Part shown: positions 26,312 to 39,050 of the stretch, piece by piece
How the letters are laid out: each line of letters starts with the position of its first letter
How positions within the stretch are numbered: position 1 is the stretch's first letter
Assembly: GCA_024679065.1 (NCBI GenBank)
Contig: JAGIQG010000004.1
Span: 28,210,001-28,274,000 of the forward strand
Direction: 5' to 3'
Length of the DNA stretch: 64,000 bases
Origin: Sphyrna mokarran
Lineage: Eukaryota
Notes under the pieces: model-generated
What the model was told of the DNA's origin: nothing
The model's input: only the letters and a program-made list of their open reading frames with translations
The model's database searches: none
Made by a program: the position numbers and the translations under genes

Positions 26312-26525
26312 CAAATAGCAAAATTGAAAAACATTAGCTTTAAGAGATACTCATTTCTGTGCCATTAATAAATTTTATTCTTTTGTTTAATGTATGACTC
26401 ATTGAGATTTGTTAAAGTGATCAATAGAAATATTTAGTTTTAGCAGTGATATCGTTTGGTTAATCAGTTCTTTGGTGAAATGTAATGTTCCCACTCAGCA
26501 AACAAGTGCAGAAGCAATTCACCTT
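26312..26525 (+). repeat. Direct repeat copy 2 (214 bp)
   Basis: caaatagcaaaattgaaaaacattag...gaagcaattcacctt duplicated from 25342-25555 (offset 970). Confidence 0.92.
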
Positions 26526-26908
26526 GCATTATTACCTCACAGCATTAGGGACTCGGGTTCAATTCCCGGTTTGGATCACTGTCTGTGTGGAGTTTGCATG
26601 ATCTCCCCGTGTCTGCATGGATTTCCTCCAGGTTCTATGGTTTCCTCCCACATCTTGAAAGAAGTGATTAGGTGCATTGACCTGAACAGGCACCAGGGTG
26701 AGGCAACTAGGGGAATTTCATAGTAACTTCATTACAGTAATAATGCACCTAATCACTTCTTTCAAGATGTGGGAGGAAACCATAGAACCTGGACGAAATC
26801 CATGCAGACACAGGGAGATCATGCAAACTCCACACAGACAGTGATCCAAACCGGGAATTGAACCCGAGTCCCTAATGCTGTGAGGTAATAGTGCTAACCA
26901 CTGTGCCA
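26526..26908. repeat. Tail-to-tail pair of near-identical SINE copies forming a 153-bp inverted repeat
   Basis: 26526-26678 is the reverse complement of 26742-26894 with 3 visible mismatches; the 63-nt spacer is the SINE type-B tail. Confidence 0.92.
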
Positions 26909-27468
26909 TTCCTAAATCAAAGCAGAATGTGGGCATCTGGAGAAGGTGCCAGATCAGTTACTCCAACTTCTTGTATCTCATTAATTTGTACTCCAGACTA
27001 ATAAAATTTCTAGAGCTTCTACCTTAGCTTAAATTATGCAAATATTGGAGTAATGGAGAAGGCAATTCCCATTGTTAGGAAACAGACCTGGTTTGTGTAA
27101 TTTGTATATGGATTGTGTGTGTTATAAATAAGTTATAGTTTATTTTTAATCTTGTATTTCTGTACTTGTGTGCTAAAAATGGGTTAAAACATCAGTTAGC
27201 TTCATGTTAAACAAAGTTGCCTGTACGTCTATAAGATTTGGTTTTATTTTAACTTGTTTGCATTATAATTAAGCATTTATGGCATAAAAACAATTACAGA
27301 GGGAAAGAAAAACTAAGATGTTGCTTTGCAACCTGATGGTTATCCTGGATCAGCAAGAATACTTGAGCTAGTTGTGAGCTAGAACCAGGAAAAACTGGAA
27401 AAGACCAGGGACTCTAGAAAACAGATTTGTCAAAAACAAGTCCAAAAACAGGAGATGTGAACAAAAAG

Positions 27469-27652
27469 AATCATAGAAATCTTACAATGCAGAAAAAGAC
27501 CATTTGGCCCATCAAGTCTGCACTGACCACAATCCCTCCCAAGTCCTTCCCCATATCCCTATGTATTCACCCGTTAATTCCTCTAACCTACACATCTCAG
27601 GACACTAAGTGGCAATTTCTAGCATAGCCAATCAACTTAACCCGCACATCTT
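27469..27652 (-). mobile_element. HE1/V-SINE-like 3' fragment, tail type A
   Basis: aatcatagaaatc..caatgcagaaaagaccatttggccc to ccaatcaacttaacccgcacatc. Confidence 0.7.
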
Positions 27653-27811
27653 TTCTCTCAAGGAGACTGTTAAAGTAAAGGAATTAAAAACAATAAATGA
27701 AACAAGGTCCTGTTCAGATGAAGTTAAAGTAAAAAGCTAAGAAAATACTCCACATTAAAGAGTCAGATTTAAAACTGGTTAGGTAAGAAACCAAATATAA
27801 GGTAAACCGTA

Positions 27812-28120
27812 AGTTTAAGTTTATTTATTAATCGCAAGTTGGCTTACATTAACACTGCATTGAAGTTACTGTGAAAATCCCCTAGTTGCTACACTGGGGT
27901 GCCTGTATGGGTACACTAAGGGAGAATTTAGTATGGCCAATGCACCAAACCAGCACATCTTCAGACTGTGGGAGGAAACCAGATGACCTGGAGGAAACCC
28001 CCACACAGACATGGGGAGAACATGCACACTTTGCACAGACAATGGTCCAAGCTGGGAATCGAACCTGGGTCCCTGGTGCTGTGAGACAGCAGTGCTAATC
28101 ACTGTGCCACCATTGCTGCC
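27812..28120 (-). mobile_element. HE1/V-SINE-like element, tail type B
   Basis: Full head (gcagtgctaatcactgtgccacc; gggaatcgaacc B box), V-core and gaagttactgtgaaaatcccctagt tail. Confidence 0.85.
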
Positions 28121-29612
28121 TTGGGGTAACACAATAAGCAGTAGTGTTCTGTTGGTATGGCTGGGTGTGTGAGAGATTGTGTGGAAGCTTGGATGCACGT
28201 AGCAATGCAGGGCTGAGGAATAGCAAAAGGAGAGTGGAAATCCTTGCTGTGGATCCTTGATGCAGCCATCTGAGAGAGAATCTTGTGAGACAGTAGATTT
28301 CTAAGTGTGTTCTCTGACAATGGACTCTTCAAACACACAGCTGGAAGCCAGAGCTCCAGTGACTAGTTGGCTCATTATGTGACATGTATCTGGGAGGAGT
28401 TGATGATGGCTCATAATGTGACAGATATCTGAGGGGTGGGAGAGGGATTTGATGTAATATCCACAGAATTTATTTTGGATGGTGTCTGTCACTTAGCTTG
28501 ACAGTGTGTTGTGTCTGGCTACAGTTCACCTATTCATTTACATAGACTGTGTACTTACTCAGAACATTGGATAATAAGATGCATGAAGGAGTAGTGTACG
28601 GTAGTTAATCTCTTCATGCTTAATTAGTGTTTTATTATTTCGTTAGAAATTAAATGGCAGTCCATCTATTCATCCACATCTCTCAACAAAAAAAAATGAT
28701 CTATAGAACTGGGTTCTAGTCACGGACCTGACTCTCTGGTAGTAACATCAGCTGAGATTGTAATACTATTTAATTTTATGTATATGCTAATTGAATGTTA
28801 TTTTTATTTAACCTGGAACTTATGTAATCACAATCACAGATATTGCCAAGGAAACTAGATCATATTCCAATTTGGTGGTTATTCGTGTCGTTTATAAAGC
28901 TGAAAACTTGGTAGTGCAGTAACTTCATATTTTTAATGAGTTTTTCCTCAGGAGCTTATCCTATGTAATATCGATGCTATCTGTTTATTGGTTTTATGCT
29001 ATACTAATATCACTGGTTAGCTGACACATTCAATCACGTGCTGTCGTTAGCAATCCCCAAGCTGAGTTTACTAACATTGCTCCCCAGAAAGACTAACCAA
29101 AAAAATGGGTCTTTGTTCCTTTGACCTTTACAAATCCACTCAGGCACTTAACTAAATGTAAGCACATATAAAATTGCATTTAGTTACTGAAAACAATAAT
29201 GTTTAAATCGTTCAGCATAGCATTGTACATATAAGATTTAATAAGGTTTCACCTATATGTGTTGATGATCTTCTCTCCATTCCTTTCTCTGTACCAGTGT
29301 GATCTGGAAATGGAGTAGAGGTTGAGGCGGGGACGGTAGTAGAGACCGAAGGGTGGGGGTAGAGAGACAGAGGTTATCCTCACATTTCTACTGATTTAAA
29401 AGGCTCCCATTCTGGAGAAAGCTTTGCATTAGCCGAGGGCAACCTTAAATAAATCATGGCAAATCAGTTTTGCTATTGGCTAACCTGGCCAAGCTAATAT
29501 GCTGCCAGATCTTGGCAGGGCCATTAAGGTAGATTCACAGGGAGCAATTTTTGGCAAACCATAACTGTTGGGTTCCAGTGTAAACGAACTCCCTGAAACT
29601 TGCAGTGTTATT

Positions 29613-29929
29613 GAATCATAGAATCTATAATGCAGAAGGAAGCCATTTGGCCCATTGAGCCTGCACCAACAACAATCCCACCCAGGTCCTATCTTCAAAT
29701 TTACTCTCCCAATTCCCCCTGCCACTTAGGGAAAATTTATCATGGCCAATCAACCTAACTTGCACATATTTGGACTGTGGGAGGTAACTGGGGCACTCAG
29801 TGGAAACCCACGCAGACTTAGGGAGAATGTGCAAATTCCACACACACATTGACCCCATGGCTGGGATTGAATCCGGGTCCCTGGCGCTATGAGGCAGCAG
29901 TGCTAACCACTGTGCCACCGCGCCGCCCA
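29613..29929 (-). mobile_element. Full-length HE1/V-SINE-like element, tail type A
   Basis: Minus strand starts gggcggcgcggtggcacagtggttagcactgc (A box) ... ggattcaatccc (B box); ends in CR1-like ...attctatgattc. Confidence 0.9.
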
Positions 29930-30849
29930 TTGAGACCTGCAATGGCAGCACTACTGGGTTAATAATTTTTACACGTTTGGGCTCTTACATAAAGATCAGT
30001 ATTTTAAGTGAGGGCCTGTGGAATTATCAAGAATCAACAGCTTCAGGTGGGAAGAAATTGTTAGGGAAAATATGTTAAGAATTAAATTTAAGCTGTTTTT
30101 TTGGGAACCTACGTGTTTCACATTTTCATTTCCACTGAAAATATTCCCGTTTTCTGAGCACAAATTAATGCACAATCATTTAGCTATTTAGAAGGTAATT
30201 CAGCTTTTAACTATTGTGAATGTTTTATTTTAAATTGGTTTGAGAGGATGTACTCTGACAACAGCCAATGACAGAAACCATCATAATATGCTTAGATTCA
30301 GGCAGGAGGGGTTCACTATATTGAGGAAAAGGGGTAGTTGAAGGTGTAAACAGGGACAGAAGGAATAAGAGGATATGAAGTGTTAATTAATCTTTCAGTG
30401 GAAAGTTGTGCCACTACAATTTCAATAGTAACAGCTGTGAGGAACAGCATAGTTACCACCAGTGAATACTCATGGTTGCTATGCTGCTTCTTATGGTTAT
30501 ATTAAAAAACACATGGTACTGAAAGCTAAAAATAATTCCAACGTGTAAGATTATGAATTGTGAGTAGGACGCTTCCAATTCTGTTTGAGTACGTGCTGTG
30601 CAATTATTGCTGCCCTTCAATACCTGTGCAACTGAACAGTGTAGAAAATGAAAATAAGTTTAATTGAACATGCTACAAAATTATTGATATAAGCATTGAT
30701 ACATGTTGTAAACAGAAACTCTAATCTATTCAATTCATAGGTATATTCATAGAATCCCTACAGTACAGAAGGAGGTTCTTAAGAGAGCAACTTAAACCTC
30801 TGTAACATGTTAAAGATTGCCACAAATGTTAGAATTGGGGATGACTTAA

Positions 30850-32420
30850 AACTAGAAGAAAGGCACAGGGGTTTACTGAAGGAGGAGGGCTTCAGATTCT
30901 TGACATAGATTCTGGGGGAGTTGGGATCAGTACAAATGGACAGGTTACATCTGGGCAAGATCAGAATTGATGGTCTTGGACAAATAGTTACTTGTGTGGT
31001 TGGGGAGGGTTTAAACTAGAACGGCAAGGGCTGGGAACCTAAGTAGGGTGAAAGGGGAAACAAACAAAGATAACAAAATCAGTAAAATGCAAAAATAGTA
31101 GACAGGGTAATCAAAGGTGAGAGGCATATAGTGCCTGTGTATGAAAAAAAGTTAGGATGATTAAAAAGGCAAAATTAAAGATTTAGTATCAAAATACATG
31201 AAACATCTGGAATAAGGTAGATGAACTGATGGCGCAAATTGTGGTAAATGGATATGATATCATAGCCATTACAGAGACTTAATTCAAAGGAGATCAAAAT
31301 TGGGAACTTAATAAGCAGGGATGTTTGACCTTTTGAAAACACTATTAATAAACGATTAAATAAATTCTGTTATAAGAAATGATCTGGACTCTGTTTACGT
31401 AGAGTCAATTTGGGTGGAGGTAAAAAAAAAAGCAAGGGACAGAGGATATTGGTAAGAGCAGTACATAAACCCCCAAACAGTAGCCACGTAGTAGGAAAGG
31501 GTAGAAATCAGCAAATAATAGGAACATATAAAAAGAGTGGAGTAGTAACGTAGATGGCTTTCATCTTCATGTTACTGGGTTAATCAAGTTGGAAAGGGTA
31601 GCTAAAGACAACAAATTCACAGAGTACATTAGGGATAGTTTCATATAGCAACATGTCTTAGAGCCACCAGGGAACAGTTTAACTTGGATCGGGTAATGAG
31701 GCAAGTTATTACCTCCAGGAAGTAGTGATCATAACATGACAAAATTTAATATTCTGTTTGAGAGCATGAAGCTTGGGTTTGAAACAATTGTGTTTAACTT
31801 AAATAAAGGGAATTACAATGAAATGAGGATAGAGTTAGCTAAAGTGGTCTGGGCAAATAGATTAGCAGGAAAAACAGTAAGTAAGCAGCAGCAGGCATTT
31901 AAGGAGGTAATTCGTGACTCAGTAAAATTATATCCCAGTAAGGAGGAAAGATTCTAAGAGAGGGATAAACCAACTATGGCTAACTAAGGAAGTTAAGGAG
32001 GTTGAAAGAAAAAGCATTTAAGGAAGTAAAAATCAGTGAAAGCCCAGATAAATTCAGGATCCAGCAAATGAGGACTAAAAAGGATAAAAGAGAAAGAAAA
32101 TAAACTGAGGACAAACTAGCGATAAATATAAAAACTGACAAGAATTACTTTACAGAAGAGAGACATCAAAGTAAACATAGGGGCCTTAGAAAATAAAACT
32201 GGGCAAATAATTATGGGGAATAAGGATATAGCAGAGTTAAACATATACTTTGCATCAGGTTTTACTGTGGAAGATGCTTCACAGTAAGAAGTCCGACAAC
32301 ACCAGGTTTAAGTCCAATCAATTTATTTGATAGTGTATTTGATAGAAGATGCTTCACACAGCCCATTAATACTAAAGAATATGGGAGAGGAATTAACTAC
32401 CATCACTAGAGAAGTAGTAT
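30850..32420 (+). mobile_element. Degenerate CR1 LINE (end of ORF1 and AP endonuclease of ORF2)
   Basis: Remnants gagggtttaaacta (ORF1 end), YDIIAITET, ESIWVEV, SDHN; many stops. Confidence 0.75.
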
Positions 32421-32424
32421 TCTT

Positions 32425-32680
32425 TACTTAAGTCTGTGATTATCCTCGCCACTTGCATTGTCTGTATCTGTAAAGACTCACATTCCAACCATTATCTTGC
32501 AATTGATTTTCAGTCTATATATGCTGTGTTTGTGAAACCTACCTCTCTACTCATTTGATGAAGGCACAGTGCTCTGAATGCTTATGATACAAAATAAACC
32601 TGTTTTTGCACTTTTAATCTGGTATTGTGAGACTTCTTACTTTGTCCATCCCGGTCCAACACCAACATCTCCACATCACG
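32425..32680 (+). mobile_element. Penelope-like element terminal-repeat fragment with decayed hammerhead
   Basis: Similar to 61740-61920; tcatTTGATGAaggcacagtgctctGAATgcttatga at 32551-32587, then aataaacctgtt...gtgagacttcttac. Confidence 0.65.
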
Positions 32681-35049
32681 CCTATTTCTTGTGGTTTATG
32701 AAATGGGCCTCATAGGAAGTGGTAAATAGTGAGAAAATAATTAAAGGAGAATTAGGTAGTTGAGGAAGTGGATAATTAAATTCTGAGTTCAATCAAAAGT
32801 TAGGCAAGCTTTTCTAGTCGTGGTTTCTTCTTTGCTCCTGTGTAACCCAATTATCATTGTTCTGTGTGGCATTTTTAAAAATTGCCATCTGTCAGTTACA
32901 CAACAGAAAGCTAGAGAAAAGATAATTAAAAAGCATCACTTTTTGCCTGTCAAGGTTCATATAGGAAGACTTCACTGTATTTAGAATAACAGGTAGGTAG
33001 GTGTGTAACTGGAGACTGATGCAAATGATACCTTGTTGAATTATTGGCTAAATCTTAATCAGTAACAGATCTAATCCCAGAAACTCTGCTTTAAAGATTG
33101 GAATATGGTGGTAGAGCAAAAGGGGAAGAGGAAGAATTAAATGATCTAATTGTGAATCTGCTGGGCAGATGAAAACAACAATTCTTAAGTTTTGAACCAG
33201 TCAGGATCCAAAGACTGACCAAGAAATGACGAGCAAGCCTGCTAATGAGACTAGTGCTGGATTTTTATTCCTGTTTGTGAATTGAGTTCTGTAGCCAGTT
33301 GTAAAGGTGAGATTTGATTACATCTCCATATTGCTTTGTATATTCACGTTGCTGTCTGTCAAATAAAGTAGATACAAAAACAAAAATGCTGAAGACATAA
33401 TATCCAGTACAGTCATTTGGGGGTCCTAATAAATCCAGGTTATGCAATTGTATAATTGGATACCACACAGTGCAGAAATACATAGATCACTTCTGGGAAT
33501 GAGCAATGTTGTTGTAGCAGGCAGAAACTCTAAAGTACACTCAAAATTTGTAAACAGCCTATAGATGAAATTAAAAAGTTTTAATTCGCTTATATCCAAT
33601 CATAAGCAGGGATTCACAAACCGCACAGATTGCTGAACCTCATCACCAAAGTACAAGAGAAAGGAAGTCACTTTGAAATTAGATAGTGTTTCAGCTGTGC
33701 CACATCTCAAATATTGTGTTCATTTCTGGTCACAAAGCTAGAAAGAGCACTGGAAATGGGGAAAGAAAGAGAAGAATTGAGAGAAATGAATAATGGGGAA
33801 TAATTCTAAAAATTCAAACTTGTGTGGTTAATGGTGATGACTCATTGAATCTTGAATGTTACAGAATAGAAAGCTACACAGCCCTCCACACTTAAGCCAG
33901 TCTTCAATTAGCCCCATTCCATAGCTCTACAAATGTTTTCTTTTCAAGTATATATTCAATTATTTTTTGAGATACTATTGAATCTGCTTTAACTTTCCTT
34001 TTGTGTCATTTCAAATTGTAACACATTGGGTTAAAAAAATGCTCAACTTGTATTGGGTTCTTCGTCAATGTTCTTAAATTTGTACTCCTGGTTATGGTGA
34101 GTAGAAAACGTTCTCCTATCTATTTTTTTTTGTAAGTCTCCTCTGCGTCCTTTCAAAAGCTTCAACATTCTTCTGCAGGGATTCTATAGATTTTTAAAGC
34201 ATAGTGCCCAGAATTGAATATGATTTACCAGCTGGAAAATGATTCATAATGATAGAAGATAGGAACCTGTATAGAAAAGTTAGTCTAGAACAGTGTACAA
34301 AGTTAAATTGTAAGTAGGATTAGAAAATGCATGTTTAAGCTAATAGAAAGTAGACTTGGAACTGTTGTCAAGAATGATCAGTAACGATCTACATATAAAA
34401 TAGATGAGATAATTGCATGCAAGGAGGGACTTGTGGTTTTTTTGGCATAGTATTTCCAGCTGCAGTTCGAGCTCATAAAATTAAGCAAGAGTCTTTTGCG
34501 TCTGGTTAAATTTTGCTGAGTTTTAAAAGTTGCAATTAAAATAATGAGGTCATACTGTTGGTGTCTGTGGTTAAAATGAAATATTAGCTGAATCTTGAAA
34601 TTTGGCCCATGAACTTTGCAAGGGTCTGGTTAGGTTCCACTTGGAATGAAGTTAGTTGATTTACAAAGAAATGGTTGCAAAGGAACTCCAGAAAGTTTGC
34701 CTAGGGAAGGAGACTTTTAGACAGATGTTTTAAGCACTTCCATGTTCACTTTGCTCATTTTTGCTCCATATAATAGCTGTTCCTGCAAGACCTCATTTTG
34801 TTTTTTTCCTTCTGGCAATATTTTGTCACTATTCATGCTTCTTGCAGTCTTTGTTGTTGCTGCTTACAGAAAAATGAGGAATGATGAGTGTTTTACTGAA
34901 AGGCTCAATACAGCTCATTGTTTAGTTAAGGATGGGGAATTATCTTGGAGGCAACAAATACAGGTTTCTTTATTGCAGTTTTTTCAAATATATCAATTTG
35001 CTCGCACAATGATTTTGTTCCTCAATTATTTTGGACTATATTTAAAACT

Positions 35050-35185
35050 GAAGTGGCGATGCTGGTGTTGGATTGGGGTAAACACAGTAAGAAGTCTCAC
35101 AGCACCAGGTTAAAGTCCAATAGGTTTATTTGGTAGCAAACACTCACTAGCTTTTGGGGCTTTGCCCTTTTGTCAGGTGAGTTAA
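35050..35185 (-). mobile_element. Penelope-like element terminal-repeat fragment with decayed hammerhead
   Basis: acagtaagaagtctcacagcaccaggttaaagtccaataggtttatt; minus strand 35144-35180 reads tcacCTGACAAaagggcaaagccccAAAAgcTAgtga. Confidence 0.65.
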
Positions 35186-35269
35186 AACTGACAGGAACAC
35201 AACCAAAGCAGATATGTGAACAATGTTGTAATTCAAAGGCCATGGGCTGCTTCAGCTTTGATTCACTAT

Positions 35270-35538
35270 TGGGCAGCACGGTAGCACAATGGTTAGAACT
35301 GCTGCCTCAGTGCCAGAATCCAGATTAGAGTCCTGGCCTAAGTCATTGTCTGTGTGGAGTCTGCACATTCGCTGTGTGTGTTTGTGTGTGTGTGTGATGT
35401 GCAGGTTAGGTGCATTGGCCATGCTAAATTCTCCCTCAGTGTACCCCAACAGGCATCAGTGTGGTGACTAGGGGATTTTCGCAGTAACTTCACTGCAGTG
35501 TTAATGTAAGCCAACTTGTGACACTAAGAAATAAACTT
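35270..35538 (+). mobile_element. HE1/V-SINE-like element, tail type B, with internal (TG)n
   Basis: gggcagcacggtagcacaatggttag head; (TG)n at about 35373-35396; type-B tail. Confidence 0.85.
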
Positions 35539-36069
35539 ATGGTAGAAATGTAGGAAGATATGGAAGAAGTTATCAATTGGTGATACTGACATGCTTGGTG
35601 GTGAATTATACTGTGCGTATTACCAATCTCATAATTGAATAAAAATCTGGGCTATTGACAAAAAATATAAAATCCAATGAAGGCTGGTGTTTTATGAGTA
35701 GTTTTATTTCTTGCCAATAAGCAGTACAACTGAATAGCGCAATCATTTATCTATATATAAAAATGAATTATTTGTCATTGATTTGGACCTATAAGTCATG
35801 ATTGCATTGCTAAGAAGAGTCATTTATAACACTTTTTTCTCGTTTTAGTTAATGGTAATCAACTTTTGAATTCTGAAATGGCACGGAGATGGTGCATAAT
35901 AACAAATCCCCAAAGGAGATCATGTGGAATCAATCTGTTGCACACTTGACAAAATTCTGTGTAAACCTTTTCAAAGGCAGGCCCATTGAGAAGTGATTCA
36001 TTAGGTGTCTGTTTATACAACTCTGATTTGGTCCCTGCTAACCATCTAACTCTTTCCATGTAACCATTG

Positions 36070-36720
36070 ATTGTTGTTTTTTTTTCCTTTTTCTTTGCAA
36101 GCGCAATCCCAGCAGTATAACAAAATGTATCAAAGAAGCATATACAAACTCTTATTTCATCTTTTTCTTCTTCCCCAAAGAATCATGCAGCTTGAAGACT
36201 TCTGGCTCAAACAAATCCATAGCTAGGACACCAGGATTCATTGAGGAAATACTCCCTGCTGTATTGATGGTTGGTTTGTCCATCAATTAAAGCCAACTTT
36301 AAGGTCATCAAACCTCTTCAGAGTAAATGAAAGTTGCCAGAAGTCACTGGTCTCTAATCCAGCTGGGTCTTTCTGTATAGCAATTAAAAATATGCTTCTC
36401 TCTTTGTAAGAAATATAAAATGTGAGAATCCCCAGCATAACAAAAAGGACACAGTCTGTAAATACACTCTTTGACTCAGGAAATGGGTCCATGCAGTCCC
36501 AGATAAGGCCAACTATTGCAAAGTCCCAGGAAATTTTGCAAATGAAGAGGAATCTATAATTCTCCTCGTACTTCTCTAGAAGAATCTTTTTGGTGGCAAT
36601 TCCAAGGCATTTTTCACAGTTGCACTATTCCACTTGTCAATGTTAACCGACTTGTAATCGATCTTCAATTTGGAGAGAAAGCTATTCTTGCTGCCCTTCA
36701 CTGCCATCTTATGTCCTCTG
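36070..36720 (-). pseudogene. SPCS2: Processed pseudogene of signal peptidase complex subunit 2
   Basis: ATG at 36707 to TAA at 36152, intronless: [120 protein letters not shown]; frameshifts and deletions; A-rich tail at about 36072-36097. Confidence 0.92.
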
Positions 36721-37760
36721 GGTTTTAAGTAGAGTACGTGAACAATGTAACGGACAAATTTAATCTTTCGTTGGTCCCTGGCAATAGTATCATGGTAACT
36801 ACCAATCCATACAAAGAAATTACTTAATGAGCAACATGAAACAGTTATTAAACTAAAGACAAAGTAAAGGCAAAGCAAAAGTGAATAATATAACTTTTCC
36901 TACTAATGCCAAAAATGCATTAATGTCTCATTGCTGAATGACAGGAAATCTTTAATTTTTTTCATATTGTTTGAGGTAATTAACTCTAACTGTTTTCTTG
37001 TGATTTTCATTTAAGTTCCAATCAGATTTGGTAAGGACATTCTATACAATGCATTGTTGGAGACATAAAATGCTTGAGTGAGACGCTATCCTCTTATTTA
37101 ATTCAATACAATTGCAGCCTGATTCTATAATCTGGCTACACTGTATCAAGGTTCATAGCTTACTTCTGGACCACTGATAACCCTTTTCTGAGATCTACCT
37201 GAGATCTCATTTAGGAATTTGTGATGATAAACCTATTAAACATTGTCTTCTGGTAACTATGCACTATAATAGGTTTAAGTGTGACTGCTTGCACAAACAA
37301 AAGCTTATGAGGTATAAACTTTCACAATCTACAACCCAACAATCTTGTGCTGAATGACTCCCTAGTTAATTTATTATGCTTTATACCACTATAGCTGCAA
37401 TCAACAAACATGTCTTAAAACTATTACATACATAAAATTCAATGTTTTTAGGCACATAACATATATCTTCAGTTGTTGCTGTCAGAATCTTGTTGCAATG
37501 CACTCCAGAACTAAAAACCAAAGATCTTTCAACAGTGAATGCCTGAGGAGTAGCGATACAGTCATCTTCTGTGCTGCAAAAGATTTGATTCATGCCAGTG
37601 AGTTTCTCATCTAAAACACTGACGCATGGAATACCTCGGATGGAGGGACGAGAAAAAGAACAAACAGCTATAATAACTTGGAGCTTGAGAGCAACTTTTG
37701 GGTTAGGGTGGTCTTGATACCACTCTGACTATCCTACATCCATTAATGGTCCCAGCTGTG

Positions 37761-37933
37761 GCTGGTGTGTTATGGAAATACCACCCCTTCTAATATGCAC
37801 AAAGTATGGGAATTAAGACCTTGCTGGTTTCCATCTTCTGAGTCATTGTCCTACTAACTTGTTGGGTTCTTCTGTCTCTTAAGATTCCAATTTGTTCATA
37901 TTAGAAGGGGTGATGTCTCCACAACAAACCAGC
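37761..37933. mobile_element. MITE/foldback element with about 43-bp inverted arms
   Basis: gctggtgtgttatggaaataccaccccttctaatatgcacaaa versus tttgttcatattagaaggggtgatgtctccacaacaaaccagc. Confidence 0.65.
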
Positions 37934-38149
37934 TGATTGGCCTCTTGCTTAGTGATGTACAACTGCTGAGTCAAAATTCCTGGGTATAACTGCTGGTGTG
38001 CATAACCAGTTGAATTGGAATCGTAAACACAGCTATGGGATACCAGTCTTCCTTACCCACTTCCTTTTTGACATGGATCTGTGGCTTGATAGGGAGTTAA
38101 AGGTAATAACTCCTCAAATATATACCCATATATACCAGGCATTAAAATG

Positions 38150-39050
38150 AAGTTATATTAACTAATGTGGTAACTGTAATGGGCATCTGCAATGCTTAAA
38201 ATCAGTGAAGGAACACTAAGGATGTGTGTTGGTCTATATAAATCCTTGAATTGAGGAAAGAAAAAGGAAACTGGTAGGATTTTGTTTAAAATAAATCTGA
38301 TGGTGGTGAGTAGCAAACACCTTTAAGCAATCAGTAAAGAAGACTGTAAACTTGGAGACATCCGGAGATGTTTGGAGAAATCAAATAAATTGTGATAGTG
38401 AAATCATGTTTTAGAAGCAGTTTAAACACCTTTCCAATGTATCCCGTCATGGAAAAAAATTCAGATCATTATCTTATTGTGGTGAAAATTTAATTGAAAT
38501 GAAAATACCAAAAAAGAGAAAAATATGTAACCATTTTGACCTTGATATATTGAAGGATGAGAACATCAGAAAAATATTCATTCCTAAAGTAAAAAACAGG
38601 TCTTGGGGGTTGAAGAATCCAAACAAAGTGATTTCTGAACAAGCAGATAGAAAAAGATTAGAGTATACAAGAAATATTACTAAAATGGAAAAGAAAAAGA
38701 GGTAAGGTTGAAAAACAGATGAGATAATGGGGAAAGAAAAGAAACACATCTATGAATGATGAAATTGAAAAGATAGTAAAGAATGCATGCAGGTAGGCTG
38801 AAGAGAAATGGTATAATAAAATATGTGATGGAAATATTAGAGCTGGAAAGAAATGGCAAAATAAGAACTCTGCTGAAGGTGAAATCATTAACAAGTTGAA
38901 AGAGAGGGATGACAGTGCATGCAAAAAAAAATACTGTTTGAAAGGGATGCAGTAGCAAAATAAATGGGTAGAATATAAAACGAATGGCACGATGATACAA
39001 ATTGAAGATGCTAAAATTTATTTTTCCAAAATAAAAGGATACACCTTCTT
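38150..39050 (+). mobile_element. RTE/BovB-like LINE fossil (end of endonuclease and linker)
   Basis: Remnants NQI..., SDHYLIVVKI (about 38462), FDLDILKDENIRK..VKNR; purine-rich. Confidence 0.6.

Noticed and set aside
27070-28765. Possible solo LTR (TGTTA start, TAATA end) with nested SINEs; a similar candidate at 41706-42426
   Set aside because: No second LTR, PBS, PPT or convincing TSD; too degenerate to support.
36050-36800. Target-site duplication around the SPCS2 retrocopy
   Set aside because: Only a weak catgtaac/catggtaac similarity, not enough to call.
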